A stretch of 64,000 nucleotides of DNA from assembly GCA_049419605.1 (NCBI GenBank), contig JBMSKF010000001.1, forward strand, positions 13,253 through 77,252. The letters are read 5' to 3'. The notes beneath the pieces are model-generated. The model was not told where the DNA came from and searched no databases. It was given only the letters and a program-made list of their open reading frames with translations. Shown piece after piece: positions 48,506-57,374 of this stretch; position 1 is the stretch's first letter, and each line of letters begins with the position of its first letter. Both the position numbers and the translations under genes were made by a program. Origin of the DNA: Bacilli bacterium (lineage in GTDB: Bacteria; Bacillota_I; Bacilli_A; RFN20; CAG-826).

Positions 48506-49294
48506 TTAATTTAATTCGAATTGATTACGGTGCATCCATGCATCCGAAAGTGTCACTGCTTTGTCGTATAAGTTGGCACCTGGAATGGAAATGAGTAATT
48601 CAGAAATGCCTTCTTCAGGACTATTTTCAGATAAGTCATACATGATAACGGTTGGGGTGGAAATTGCATTCTTTTCACCGCTTTCAAGTGATTCAATTTG
48701 GGTTTCATTGATTTGTCCATTAACTTTATAAGCGGAGTTTCTTGCAACTTCAGCAGTTCTTTCTAAGAAATCAGTATTTCTCAAAAGGAAACGTTCAAAA
48801 GGAGTGGTGGTGTCATCTTCGGGGAAATCATAGGTTTCATCAATAAAAATAGTGTAGAACTTAAAAGTACCAAATTGTTCTTTAGTGACTGGAGTTATGG
48901 ATTCCGCTTCTTGGGTTCCATAATAGCGGGATGTATTTTCTAAAATTTCTTTAAATCCTGGTTGAGCATCTTTGCAGAATTGGCAGTCTTTTTGAACAAA
49001 GACAAGCATAAATTTTTCACCAAATTCATCGGAATTATCCATCATTGCATCAATGAGCTTTTGGGCATCAGAGTTTTCTTCGCCTTCAAGTTTCTTTTGG
49101 TAATTACGATAATAACTTTCTGGGCTATTAATGCTTTCAGCTATGCCATTCACCCATTCTGTAATGGTTGGGATGGAGAAAATAATCGCAAAAATGGTTC
49201 CTACGATTAATAAGGGTTGGACCCAAGCGGTTTCCTTGATCCAATTCCAAATCCCCCCAAAAATCTTTCCAAAAAACATTCCAATTGGTTTCAT
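48506..49294 (-). CDS. Membrane-anchored thioredoxin-fold protein with a CQFC motif
   Basis: N-terminal transmembrane helix; FMLVFVQKDCQFCKDAQPGF resembles the thioredoxin WCGPC region. Confidence 0.45.
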   Translation of the reverse strand: MKPIGMFFGKIFGGIWNWIKETAWVQPLLIVGTIFAIIFSIPTITEWVNGIAESINSPESYYRNYQKKLEGEENSDAQKLIDAMMDNSDEFGEKFMLVFVQKDCQFCKDAQPGFKEILENTSRYYGTQEAESITPVTKEQFGTFKFYTIFIDETYDFPEDDTTTPFERFLLRNTDFLERTAEVARNSAYKVNGQINETQIESLESGEKNAISTPTVIMYDLSENSPEEGISELLISIPGANLYDKAVTLSDAWMHRNQFELN

Positions 49295-49427
49295 TTGATA
49301 TCCTCCAGCTAATCACGAATAGCACGTTAATCTTATCAAATAGTTTGATTATCTTCAATATAAATCACCCATAAGCTAATTTTAATAAAATAAGGTATAA
49401 TTTCATCGGTTTATAAGGCGGTGCAAT

Positions 49428-50408
49428 ATGAGCAATTTATTTCAAAAAGTACAATCATGGCTTAATATCAATCCAAAACTTAAAAATATTCTTGAGAATG
49501 TTTTAATTTTTCTTGTCTCAAGTATATCCTCATTATTAGCAGCCTATGTTTTTAGATCATTTATAGTTCCAGCAGGTAACCCAATCCCTACGCCTTTAAT
49601 TACAGGTGGCGTCTCAGGTGTTTCTCAAATATTTAATCGATTATTTGATGTGCTAAACCTATTTAATCAAATTGAGAATCGAAGTATGCAAGCGATTTTA
49701 TATTTTATTTTTAACATTCCCATTTTTATTCTTGCATATACTAAAATCGGTAAACGCTTTGCGATATTTTCATTTATTAATGTTATTACAACATCTCTTT
49801 TTATTGAAATTATTCCTCACGAATGGACTCAGTTAGTCACCATTGCTGATGATTTACTTTCTCGTGCGATCATTGCTGGATTCATTCAAGGCATTGCCAG
49901 TTCATTAGCCTATCTCATGGATATTTCAAGTGGCGGTATGGATGTCATTACGGTATATTTCGCGAATGTAAAATCAACTTCAGTCGGTAAATATGCCTTT
50001 GCAATCAACGTCACCATCTATTTCTTTTTTACATTGCTTTATTTATTAAATACTGACTCAACAACGGGCGCATTGAATGCAGTTATTTTTTCTGTCATTT
50101 ATTCATTTACAACGGCAAGAGTCGTCGATGCAATCAATATCCGCAATAAAAAAACCCAACTACAAATCATTACATCAAGAACTGATTTACCAAAAATTTT
50201 AATGGAAAAATTTTTTCATGGATGTACGGTTGTTCAAGCTAAAGGTGGGTACACGAATTCCATAAAATATATTGTTTATATGGTGGTGTCTAGTCGCGAA
50301 GTTGCAAGTGTTGTTCGTTATATTCGTCAGGTTGACCCAGAATCCTTTATTGATGAATCCCCATCCCATCAGGTGTATGGTAAATTCTTTATTAAACCGA
50401 TTAAATAA
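49428..50408 (+). CDS. YitT-family membrane protein (DUF161 + DUF2179)
   Basis: five to six transmembrane helices plus a C-terminal soluble DUF2179-like domain. Confidence 0.65.
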   Translation: MSNLFQKVQSWLNINPKLKNILENVLIFLVSSISSLLAAYVFRSFIVPAGNPIPTPLITGGVSGVSQIFNRLFDVLNLFNQIENRSMQAILYFIFNIPIFILAYTKIGKRFAIFSFINVITTSLFIEIIPHEWTQLVTIADDLLSRAIIAGFIQGIASSLAYLMDISSGGMDVITVYFANVKSTSVGKYAFAINVTIYFFFTLLYLLNTDSTTGALNAVIFSVIYSFTTARVVDAINIRNKKTQLQIITSRTDLPKILMEKFFHGCTVVQAKGGYTNSIKYIVYMVVSSREVASVVRYIRQVDPESFIDESPSHQVYGKFFIKPIK

Positions 50409-50412
50409 ATTA

Positions 50413-51435
50413 CTAGTAACTATTCAGCACGGCTTGAAGAAGAGATGGACGATCGGTCATGATGCCATCAACCCCTTTTTCGATTAATGTACGCATTGTC
50501 AACTCATCATTAATGGTCCAGTAATGGACTGCAATATTATGCATGTGAGCAGTGTCAATTAATAATTTCGTCGTTAAGGAAAGTCCAAGTTGCTCAGTTG
50601 GAAGTTGAAATGCTGCAACTGGTTCTTGATAAAAAGCACTTGTAAGAGTTGTTTGCATAATAAAAAAAGATAAAACACCATTAAATTCAGGCGAAAACAT
50701 AAGCTGCTTATGAGTGGTAGTTTTTAACTGATTTAAAACGTCATAAACTTCTTGATGAAAACTTGCCAAGATCATTCTTTGATATGTGTGAAATTCTTCA
50801 TTCAATGTATCCATTAGTTCAATGACTTTAGCTAATGCATTTAAGCCGACTTCTCCGGTTTGTTTGATTTCCACGTTAATCAAATTATGAGGAAATAGAG
50901 TGATTAATTCCTCTAATGTTGATACCAAAAATTTTGTTGGATGTCTTGGTTCAATTCCCTCAGGGTATTGAATATCTAGAGGAGAAACTTCTTCACCAAG
51001 ATAATTGGTGTATTTATTAAAGGTGTTTGTGATGTTGTAACCATTGGCACCTGAAATTGGATTATCAAATCCAAAATCAATTTCATTTTCTACAAGGTCG
51101 GAGTAGTTCGTTTCAATAATGTCGGCATTTACTAGATTTGTTTTTTGGTCAAGAGAACGATCATGCGAAAGGATAATGACCCCGTCTTTAGTAAGATTGA
51201 CATCCGTTTCAAGCATCACTGCAGGGTTTAAACTATAGGCATGATAGTACGCTTCTAGGGTATTATCAGGAAATTCTTGATTGCCTCCACCATGGGCAAT
51301 TAATAATGGTAATTCACCCTTACCTACTCTAAGTGGGTTCTCTCCTTGAAAATTTTGAGGTCTTGGATAAACTGCTATAAATCCAAATATAAGAATCAAA
51401 GAACCAAAAATTTGTCTTTTTTTTAATTTTTTCAT
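50413..51435 (-). CDS. glpQ: Glycerophosphodiester phosphodiesterase (GlpQ/UgpQ family), signal-anchored
   Basis: LIAHGGGNQEFPDNTLEAY and ETDVNLTKDGV...SHD GDPD catalytic motifs. Confidence 0.8.
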   Translation of the reverse strand: MKKLKKRQIFGSLILIFGFIAVYPRPQNFQGENPLRVGKGELPLLIAHGGGNQEFPDNTLEAYYHAYSLNPAVMLETDVNLTKDGVIILSHDRSLDQKTNLVNADIIETNYSDLVENEIDFGFDNPISGANGYNITNTFNKYTNYLGEEVSPLDIQYPEGIEPRHPTKFLVSTLEELITLFPHNLINVEIKQTGEVGLNALAKVIELMDTLNEEFHTYQRMILASFHQEVYDVLNQLKTTTHKQLMFSPEFNGVLSFFIMQTTLTSAFYQEPVAAFQLPTEQLGLSLTTKLLIDTAHMHNIAVHYWTINDELTMRTLIEKGVDGIMTDRPSLLQAVLNSY

Positions 51436-51445
51436 AAATTTTCCC

Positions 51446-51537
51446 TGGCGGAGAAAGAGGGATTTGAACCCTCGCGAGACTTGCGCCTCCTATCAGTTTT
51501 CGAAACTGACCCCTTCAGCCACTTGGGTATTTCTCCG
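51446..51537 (-). tRNA. tRNA-Ser (anticodon CGA)
   Basis: GGAGAAA acceptor stem, loop uuCGAaa, long variable arm, encoded CCA. Confidence 0.85.
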
Positions 51538-51633
51538 TGAGGAGAATTATACACGAAATCATTGTTTTTTTCATTGGTTCCATTCCTTGAAAATAGATTG
51601 TTAGGTTGTTGTGGTAAAGGTATAATTTGATAG

Positions 51634-53379
51634 ATGAAATTAAACACTTTTACGCTATCTCCAATTCTTGAAAACCCTACGCTAGCGATTGTAACAGGGA
51701 TCTTTTTAGTTATCGCCTTCTTCTCAACGATTTTCTTCTTTATCGTTTTTAATAATCAATATAAAAAACATCAACTTGCAATCCAACAGAGAATTCACCA
51801 CTATCTTGTGTATCGAATCAATTTAAAACTTGATGTTGTCTATGAATTTGATCCCAAACATCCGGGAAAAGAAAAAATTATTCAACTCAGTCAATTTTTA
51901 AAAAAATTTACTGCGGTTGAGTCTGAAAAAATTTATCAATGGTGGGAAAAACTCCTTACCGCTAAGCTTGATACAAGTTGGATATTAACTTCTAAATCAG
52001 CTAAAAAAAAGATATATAATCAAATCATTTTTGAGGTTGTAAAAATTGATGAAATTAAACAAACCATTCATCTTCATCAATACGGACTCAAGTATTTAAA
52101 ACCCAATCCTAAAAAAGCAATTTTAAAATCGCTCGTGATTAGTTCTCAACAAGCACTGGATGTCATTAAAAAGTTACCGACAAAAAATGGTGCATTGATT
52201 TCAATCTTTATGATGTTTCCTCGTTCTGGTTTGGATGAACAATTTAAATATTTTTATTTGTCGCAAATAAAGGAAAAGTTGATTCCTTACCTCTCCATTA
52301 ACACATTATTAATTGATTCAGCCAATGACATTTTAGTTTTAGTGACCAAAGCTGCTGAAACTTATGAATATATGCAAATTGCTCAAGGGCTCTACCAAGT
52401 TATTTCTCAGTATGTTGAAGTGAATGCTCTTGAAGCATTGATTAAATTCAACGTGGCGATTATTGAACACAAACATTTCCCAAATGACTTCCGTACATTA
52501 ATGCGCAAGAGTCGTGAACTCAATCAACTGATGATTAAAAGAAAATTATCAATTCTCCCATACGAAACCAATCAACCCATTGTTCAGGCATTAGAAACCA
52601 ATGAATCATTATTTGTTGAAGATGTTTATCATCAACTAAAATTTTCCTTAAATTTTAGACCACTCATTCTTCCAAATGATTTAAAAGTATTTGGGCAACA
52701 AGTAATGATTCAAACCCAAATCCAATCCCCATTAACAACCTTAGAATTACTTCAAGATGCAAATGATTTAATGACGTATACCAAAGATTTTTACCGCCGT
52801 TATCTTTATTTGATTGGTCAAGTAGTCTTACCTTCCCTAGAACAAAAGATTTTAGTTCCGTTTTCATTAGTGATTAAACCGAATGAATATATCAATGAAA
52901 TTAAAAATCTACCCAATGCCCAAAATATAGTTCTCATATTGGATGAGGTTGAAGTTAAAGAATTTGCAGCCACAGAGGTTTCGTTAAAAGCATGGGCGGA
53001 ACCTTTACAGAGACAAGGTATCAAATTTGCACTCGCAATTGATGATGCCATTACTAATTTACCTGATGAAATTTATCAATACTTTCAGTATTATTTTTTA
53101 AATTATAAACGTATCGTCAATGTAGAAAATTCGCAAAAAACTTCGATTCAATTAAAATTAATATTTCAAAACTTAAGTAAATTTAATAAGCCATTTGTGA
53201 TCACTGATTTACTTTCCGAAGGTAGTTTAGAATTACTACCATTAAAGCATGTTAAAATCATGAGTGCAGATTGGATCATGGGATATCAAACAAGTCCAGA
53301 TCAACCAAGCAAGCGTAGTTATTCTAAACTTAAAAATTTAATTTCTAAACAGGAGCAATACTATGGAAAAACCAATTAA
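51634..53379 (+). CDS. Membrane protein with degenerate GGDEF-like and EAL-like domains
   Basis: N-terminal transmembrane helix; LLIDSANDILVLV sits in the position of RxGGDEF; NQPIV...EDV in the position of YQPIV...EAL; FALAIDDAIT for IALDDFGTG; YKRIVNV for LKIDRSF. Confidence 0.5.
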   Translation: MKLNTFTLSPILENPTLAIVTGIFLVIAFFSTIFFFIVFNNQYKKHQLAIQQRIHHYLVYRINLKLDVVYEFDPKHPGKEKIIQLSQFLKKFTAVESEKIYQWWEKLLTAKLDTSWILTSKSAKKKIYNQIIFEVVKIDEIKQTIHLHQYGLKYLKPNPKKAILKSLVISSQQALDVIKKLPTKNGALISIFMMFPRSGLDEQFKYFYLSQIKEKLIPYLSINTLLIDSANDILVLVTKAAETYEYMQIAQGLYQVISQYVEVNALEALIKFNVAIIEHKHFPNDFRTLMRKSRELNQLMIKRKLSILPYETNQPIVQALETNESLFVEDVYHQLKFSLNFRPLILPNDLKVFGQQVMIQTQIQSPLTTLELLQDANDLMTYTKDFYRRYLYLIGQVVLPSLEQKILVPFSLVIKPNEYINEIKNLPNAQNIVLILDEVEVKEFAATEVSLKAWAEPLQRQGIKFALAIDDAITNLPDEIYQYFQYYFLNYKRIVNVENSQKTSIQLKLIFQNLSKFNKPFVITDLLSEGSLELLPLKHVKIMSADWIMGYQTSPDQPSKRSYSKLKNLISKQEQYYGKTN

Positions 53380-54799
53380 AAACGAAGCTATCACCTCTAG
53401 AGAAAATGATTTTGCGCAATGGTACACTGATGTTTGTAAAAAAGCTGAATTGATGGATTATTCTTCCATCAAAGGCTTCATTATTTATAGACCTTATGGT
53501 TATGCGATCTGGGAGCAAATTCAAAAATATCTCGATCAAAAGTTTAAAGACACGGGCCATGAAAATGTTTATATGCCTATGGTTATTCCTCAAAGCTTAT
53601 TCAATAAAGAAAAAGAACATGTTGAAGGCTTTGCTCCGGAAACACTTATTGCAACCTTAGGTGGCAAAGAAAAATTAGAAGATCCGTTGATTATTCGGCC
53701 TACGTCAGAGGTTTTGTTTTGTGAACATTATGCAAAGATTATAAATTCATATCGAGATCTACCTAAAAAATATAATCAATGGTGTTCCGTCGTAAGATGG
53801 GAAAAAACAACGAGACCTTTTTTAAGAGGTGCAGAATTTCTTTGGCAAGAAGGCCACACGGTTCACGAAACTGAACAAGAAGCAAGATTTGAAACCTTGC
53901 AGATGTTAAAAATTTATCAAACATTAGGAGAAGAACTACTTGCAATCCCCTTTTTAACTGGCAAAAAAACTGATAAAGAAAAGTTTGCGGGTGCTAAAGA
54001 AACGTATGCGGTAGAAGCGTTAATGCACGATGGCAAGTCGTTGCAATCTGGTACAAGTCATTACTTTGGAACCGGTTTTGCTGAAGCGTTTGGTATCCAA
54101 TTTCAAAATCGCCAAAATCAACTTCAACCAGCCCATCAAACGTCATGGGGAGTATCAACTCGTTTAATCGGAAGTTTAATCATGGTTCACGGTGATGATA
54201 ATGGTTTAATATTGCCTCCAAGGGTTGCTCCTATTCAAGTTGTTATTGTGCCAATCATGCCGCAAAAACCTGGTGTCCTAAGTCAAGCTAAAGCATTGTA
54301 TGAATCCCTAAAGCAATCCAATGTTAGGGTCATGTTGGATGAATCGGATAACTCTCCAGGATGGAAATATGCAGAAGCAGAAATGAAGGGGATCCCATTA
54401 AGAATTGAACTTGGACCTCGTGATCTTGAACAGCAACAAATCGTCATGGTCAAGCGTAATGATAAGTCAAAGAAGACTGTTAAATTTGCCGATTTAGTTA
54501 GTGAATGTCAAATCACTTTAGAACAAATTCAAAGTGAATTGTTACAACACGCAAAAGAACATCTTGCTAAAAACATTCGAGAAGCAAATTCATTAGAAGA
54601 GATGATTTCAATTTTAAATCAACATGGTGGTTATGTTAAGGTGTCGGTTGATGACACTGAAGAAGTTGAAAAAATAGTAAAAGAAAAAGCGCAAGCAACT
54701 GCTCGCGTAATCCCCTTTGATCAAATTGGTTTAAAGCCACTTTGTGCGATAACTCAAAAACCTGCAAAACGGATTGTTTATTTTGCAAGAGCCTATTAA
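53363..54799 (+). CDS. proS: Prolyl-tRNA synthetase (archaeal/eukaryotic-type class II)
   Basis: class-II motifs, no bacterial INS editing domain, C-terminal zinc-binding-like domain. Confidence 0.88.
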   Translation: MEKPIKNEAITSRENDFAQWYTDVCKKAELMDYSSIKGFIIYRPYGYAIWEQIQKYLDQKFKDTGHENVYMPMVIPQSLFNKEKEHVEGFAPETLIATLGGKEKLEDPLIIRPTSEVLFCEHYAKIINSYRDLPKKYNQWCSVVRWEKTTRPFLRGAEFLWQEGHTVHETEQEARFETLQMLKIYQTLGEELLAIPFLTGKKTDKEKFAGAKETYAVEALMHDGKSLQSGTSHYFGTGFAEAFGIQFQNRQNQLQPAHQTSWGVSTRLIGSLIMVHGDDNGLILPPRVAPIQVVIVPIMPQKPGVLSQAKALYESLKQSNVRVMLDESDNSPGWKYAEAEMKGIPLRIELGPRDLEQQQIVMVKRNDKSKKTVKFADLVSECQITLEQIQSELLQHAKEHLAKNIREANSLEEMISILNQHGGYVKVSVDDTEEVEKIVKEKAQATARVIPFDQIGLKPLCAITQKPAKRIVYFARAY

Positions 54800-54805
54800 A
54801 ATACC

Positions 54806-54838
54806 TTGAAAAATCGCAAAATTTTATGCTACTATTGG
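54806..54838 (+). promoter_or_regulatory. Promoter of tRNA-Ser(GCU)
   Basis: TTGAAA-18 nt-TACTAT upstream of the tRNA 5' end. Confidence 0.45.
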
Positions 54839-54845
54839 TAGCGTT

Positions 54846-54938
54846 GGAGTAGTACCCAAGAGGCTGAAGGGGACGGTTTGCTAAACCGTTAGATCGGGGA
54901 AACCCGGTGCGAGGGTTCAAATCCCTCCTACTCCGCCA
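54846..54938 (+). tRNA. tRNA-Ser (anticodon GCU)
   Basis: GGAGUAG acceptor stem, loop uuGCUaa, long variable arm, encoded CCA. Confidence 0.85.
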
Positions 54939-54939
54939 T

Positions 54940-54968
54940 GACTCATATCCACATATGAGTCTTTTTTT
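54940..54968 (+). terminator. Rho-independent terminator after tRNA-Ser
   Basis: gactcatat-ccac-atatgagtc followed by a T7 run. Confidence 0.8.
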
Positions 54969-55019
54969 ATTTTACGAATGCCTAATAAAGTATTAAGATG
55001 ATAATAACGGAGTTTTTAA

Positions 55020-56147
55020 ATGATAAACATTAAGGTTGTTACAACCCAAAAAGAATTGCGAACTTTTATTGATTTTCCTACTAAACTTTATCGAGATAAT
55101 CCATACTTTACGCCTTATATTTTTGAAGATGAATTAAAGAACTTGGATCCTAAATTTAATCCTGCAAGTGAATATTGCGATTTTCGTCTATTTTTGGCAA
55201 TAAAAGATGGTATAGTGGTTGGCCGAGTTGCGGCGATTATCAATCGTTATTCTAATGAAAAGTATCATGAAAAAAGAGTGCGTTTTAATCGTATTGATTT
55301 CATTGATGATGTTGAAGTTTTCGACACATTAATGAAAGCGGTTAGTGAGTATGGAAAATCGATGGGCATGACTCAAATGGCAGGGCCTCTTGGTTACTCC
55401 GATCAAGATAAAGAAGGTTTATTAACTTTTGGATTTAATGAAAAAAACATGTTTGTTACCTTTTATACTGCTGAGTATTATGTGAAACACTTTGAACGGT
55501 ATGGTTTCAAAATTGATGCAACTTGGAATGAATATCAAATTAAAGTCCCGAATGAAGTTCCCCCAATCTTAGAAAAAATATCCCAACGGGTTCTTGAAAG
55601 AAACAATTTACACTTAGTAAAAGTAAAATCTAAACAATTTAAGGTTTTAGCTCCTTATATCAAACAGATTTTCCAACTCATGAATAAAACCTACGATCAT
55701 CTTTACGGATATGTACCGGTTAAAGAAGATTTAATGGATATGTTAGCAAAGCAATATATACCATTGGTGAATTTAGACTACATTCAGTTAGTATGTGATG
55801 CGCAAGAAAAAGTCGTCGCTTTTGGCTTAATGATTCCTTCTCCAGTTGATGCATTGAAAAGATCTAAAGGGCATTTGTTTCCGTTTGGATTTATTGATTT
55901 CTTTTCTCAATTAAAGAAAAGTAAAGTACTCGACATGTTACTCGTTGCCGTCGAACCTTCGCTTAAGAATTCAGGCGTTTTAGCCTTAGTTTTTACAGAA
56001 GCAATTAAAAATGCCGTTAAAAATGGAATTCAATATGCTGAAACTGGACCAGAACTTGAAAACAATCAACATGTCCAATCACTTTGGAAAAATTTTGAAC
56101 ATCGTCATCACAAAACAAGAAGTGCCTTTGTGAAAGATATTGTCTAA
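55020..56147 (+). CDS. Uncharacterised acyltransferase-like protein, probable tandem GNAT-like fold
   Basis: the C-terminal half resembles GNAT motifs (…AETGPELENNQHVQSLWKNF); no catalytic assignment is possible. Confidence 0.4.
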   Translation: MINIKVVTTQKELRTFIDFPTKLYRDNPYFTPYIFEDELKNLDPKFNPASEYCDFRLFLAIKDGIVVGRVAAIINRYSNEKYHEKRVRFNRIDFIDDVEVFDTLMKAVSEYGKSMGMTQMAGPLGYSDQDKEGLLTFGFNEKNMFVTFYTAEYYVKHFERYGFKIDATWNEYQIKVPNEVPPILEKISQRVLERNNLHLVKVKSKQFKVLAPYIKQIFQLMNKTYDHLYGYVPVKEDLMDMLAKQYIPLVNLDYIQLVCDAQEKVVAFGLMIPSPVDALKRSKGHLFPFGFIDFFSQLKKSKVLDMLLVAVEPSLKNSGVLALVFTEAIKNAVKNGIQYAETGPELENNQHVQSLWKNFEHRHHKTRSAFVKDIV

Positions 56148-57374
56148 ATGAAAACTCGCCAGTATACATTTTGGCACCATGGGTTTTTCTTAAAAATATT
56201 TCGTTTTTTATTTGGACCATTTTTTCGTTTATATTATGGATTTTCTGCAAAAAGGATTCCCATTAAAAAGACTGGACCCTATTTAATCCTTGCAAACCAT
56301 ACTGCAGAATTTGACATTATTTTCTTAGATATGTTATTCGATGCCCCTTTATACTTTGTAGCAAGTGATCAATTGTTAAATTCTGGAAAGGGAAGTTGGT
56401 TTTTAAAGACCTTCTTTAATCCGATTCCAAAAAGTAAATCAGTGGCAGATCTTGCTTTAGTTAAACGAATCAAATCTGTTTTAAATGAAGGTGGTAATGT
56501 TTGTATTTTTCCAGAAGGCAATGCCACGATGAATGGGGGTCCAACCACAATCCCTGCTGGGATGGGTCGGCTAATCAAATTTCTTGGGGTTCCCGTGAAG
56601 TTTATTCGAATTCAAGGTCTTTATTTATCAGCACCACGTTGGTCGTATTATCGTAAATTTGGTCGATCCACCATGGATGAAATCACAACCCTTTCCCCTC
56701 AAGACATTAATGGATTGGACGTTGAAGCATTAGAAAAATTGGTAAAGCGTACATTAACTATTTCTGCATATGATAATCTTAATGGCCATTACCGAGGTCA
56801 TCATCAAGCTGAAGGTTTACATAAATTAATTTTTACATGCCCACAATGTTCAGGACTTTTTTCAACCTATAGTCAAAATGAAGCTTTGAAATGTAAAGAT
56901 TGTGACTTTCATGGTATTTATGATGAAAAAGGGTATGTCTCAATCCATCAGGATGCTTTTAACTTAATTGAGCTTGATGGTGCCAATCTTGAAAGATTTC
57001 ATCAAGCAATGCTTAAACATTATTCAAATTTCCAACTTGAATACCCTTGTGAAGTTGCATTTTGGAATGGTAATCATGAACGAAGAAGTCCATTTCAAAA
57101 GGCTAAATTTAAAATCAGCATCGATGGTGTAAAATTATCATTAAAAGGTGAAGTTAAGTCTTATCCTTTTGCAAAGATTTTTGCTGAGGCCATTCAAGTC
57201 CGTACCAAATTACTTATGTACCCAATCGAAGGACCTATGGCATTAATTCGATTTCCGAGAATATATTCTCCGTATGGACTACTCAATGTTATCAAATGGT
57301 ATAAGGAAGCATTAAAGGGGGAAAATCATCATGATTTTAGCAAACGTTCAGCCACTGCCTTTTTGGGACTTTAA
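56148..57374 (+). CDS. PlsC/LPLAT-family acyltransferase with a C-terminal zinc-ribbon extension
   Basis: NHTAEFD (HxxxxD) and FPEGN motifs; C-terminal CPQCSG...CKDCDF (CxxC...CxxC). Confidence 0.7.
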   Translation: MKTRQYTFWHHGFFLKIFRFLFGPFFRLYYGFSAKRIPIKKTGPYLILANHTAEFDIIFLDMLFDAPLYFVASDQLLNSGKGSWFLKTFFNPIPKSKSVADLALVKRIKSVLNEGGNVCIFPEGNATMNGGPTTIPAGMGRLIKFLGVPVKFIRIQGLYLSAPRWSYYRKFGRSTMDEITTLSPQDINGLDVEALEKLVKRTLTISAYDNLNGHYRGHHQAEGLHKLIFTCPQCSGLFSTYSQNEALKCKDCDFHGIYDEKGYVSIHQDAFNLIELDGANLERFHQAMLKHYSNFQLEYPCEVAFWNGNHERRSPFQKAKFKISIDGVKLSLKGEVKSYPFAKIFAEAIQVRTKLLMYPIEGPMALIRFPRIYSPYGLLNVIKWYKEALKGENHHDFSKRSATAFLGL

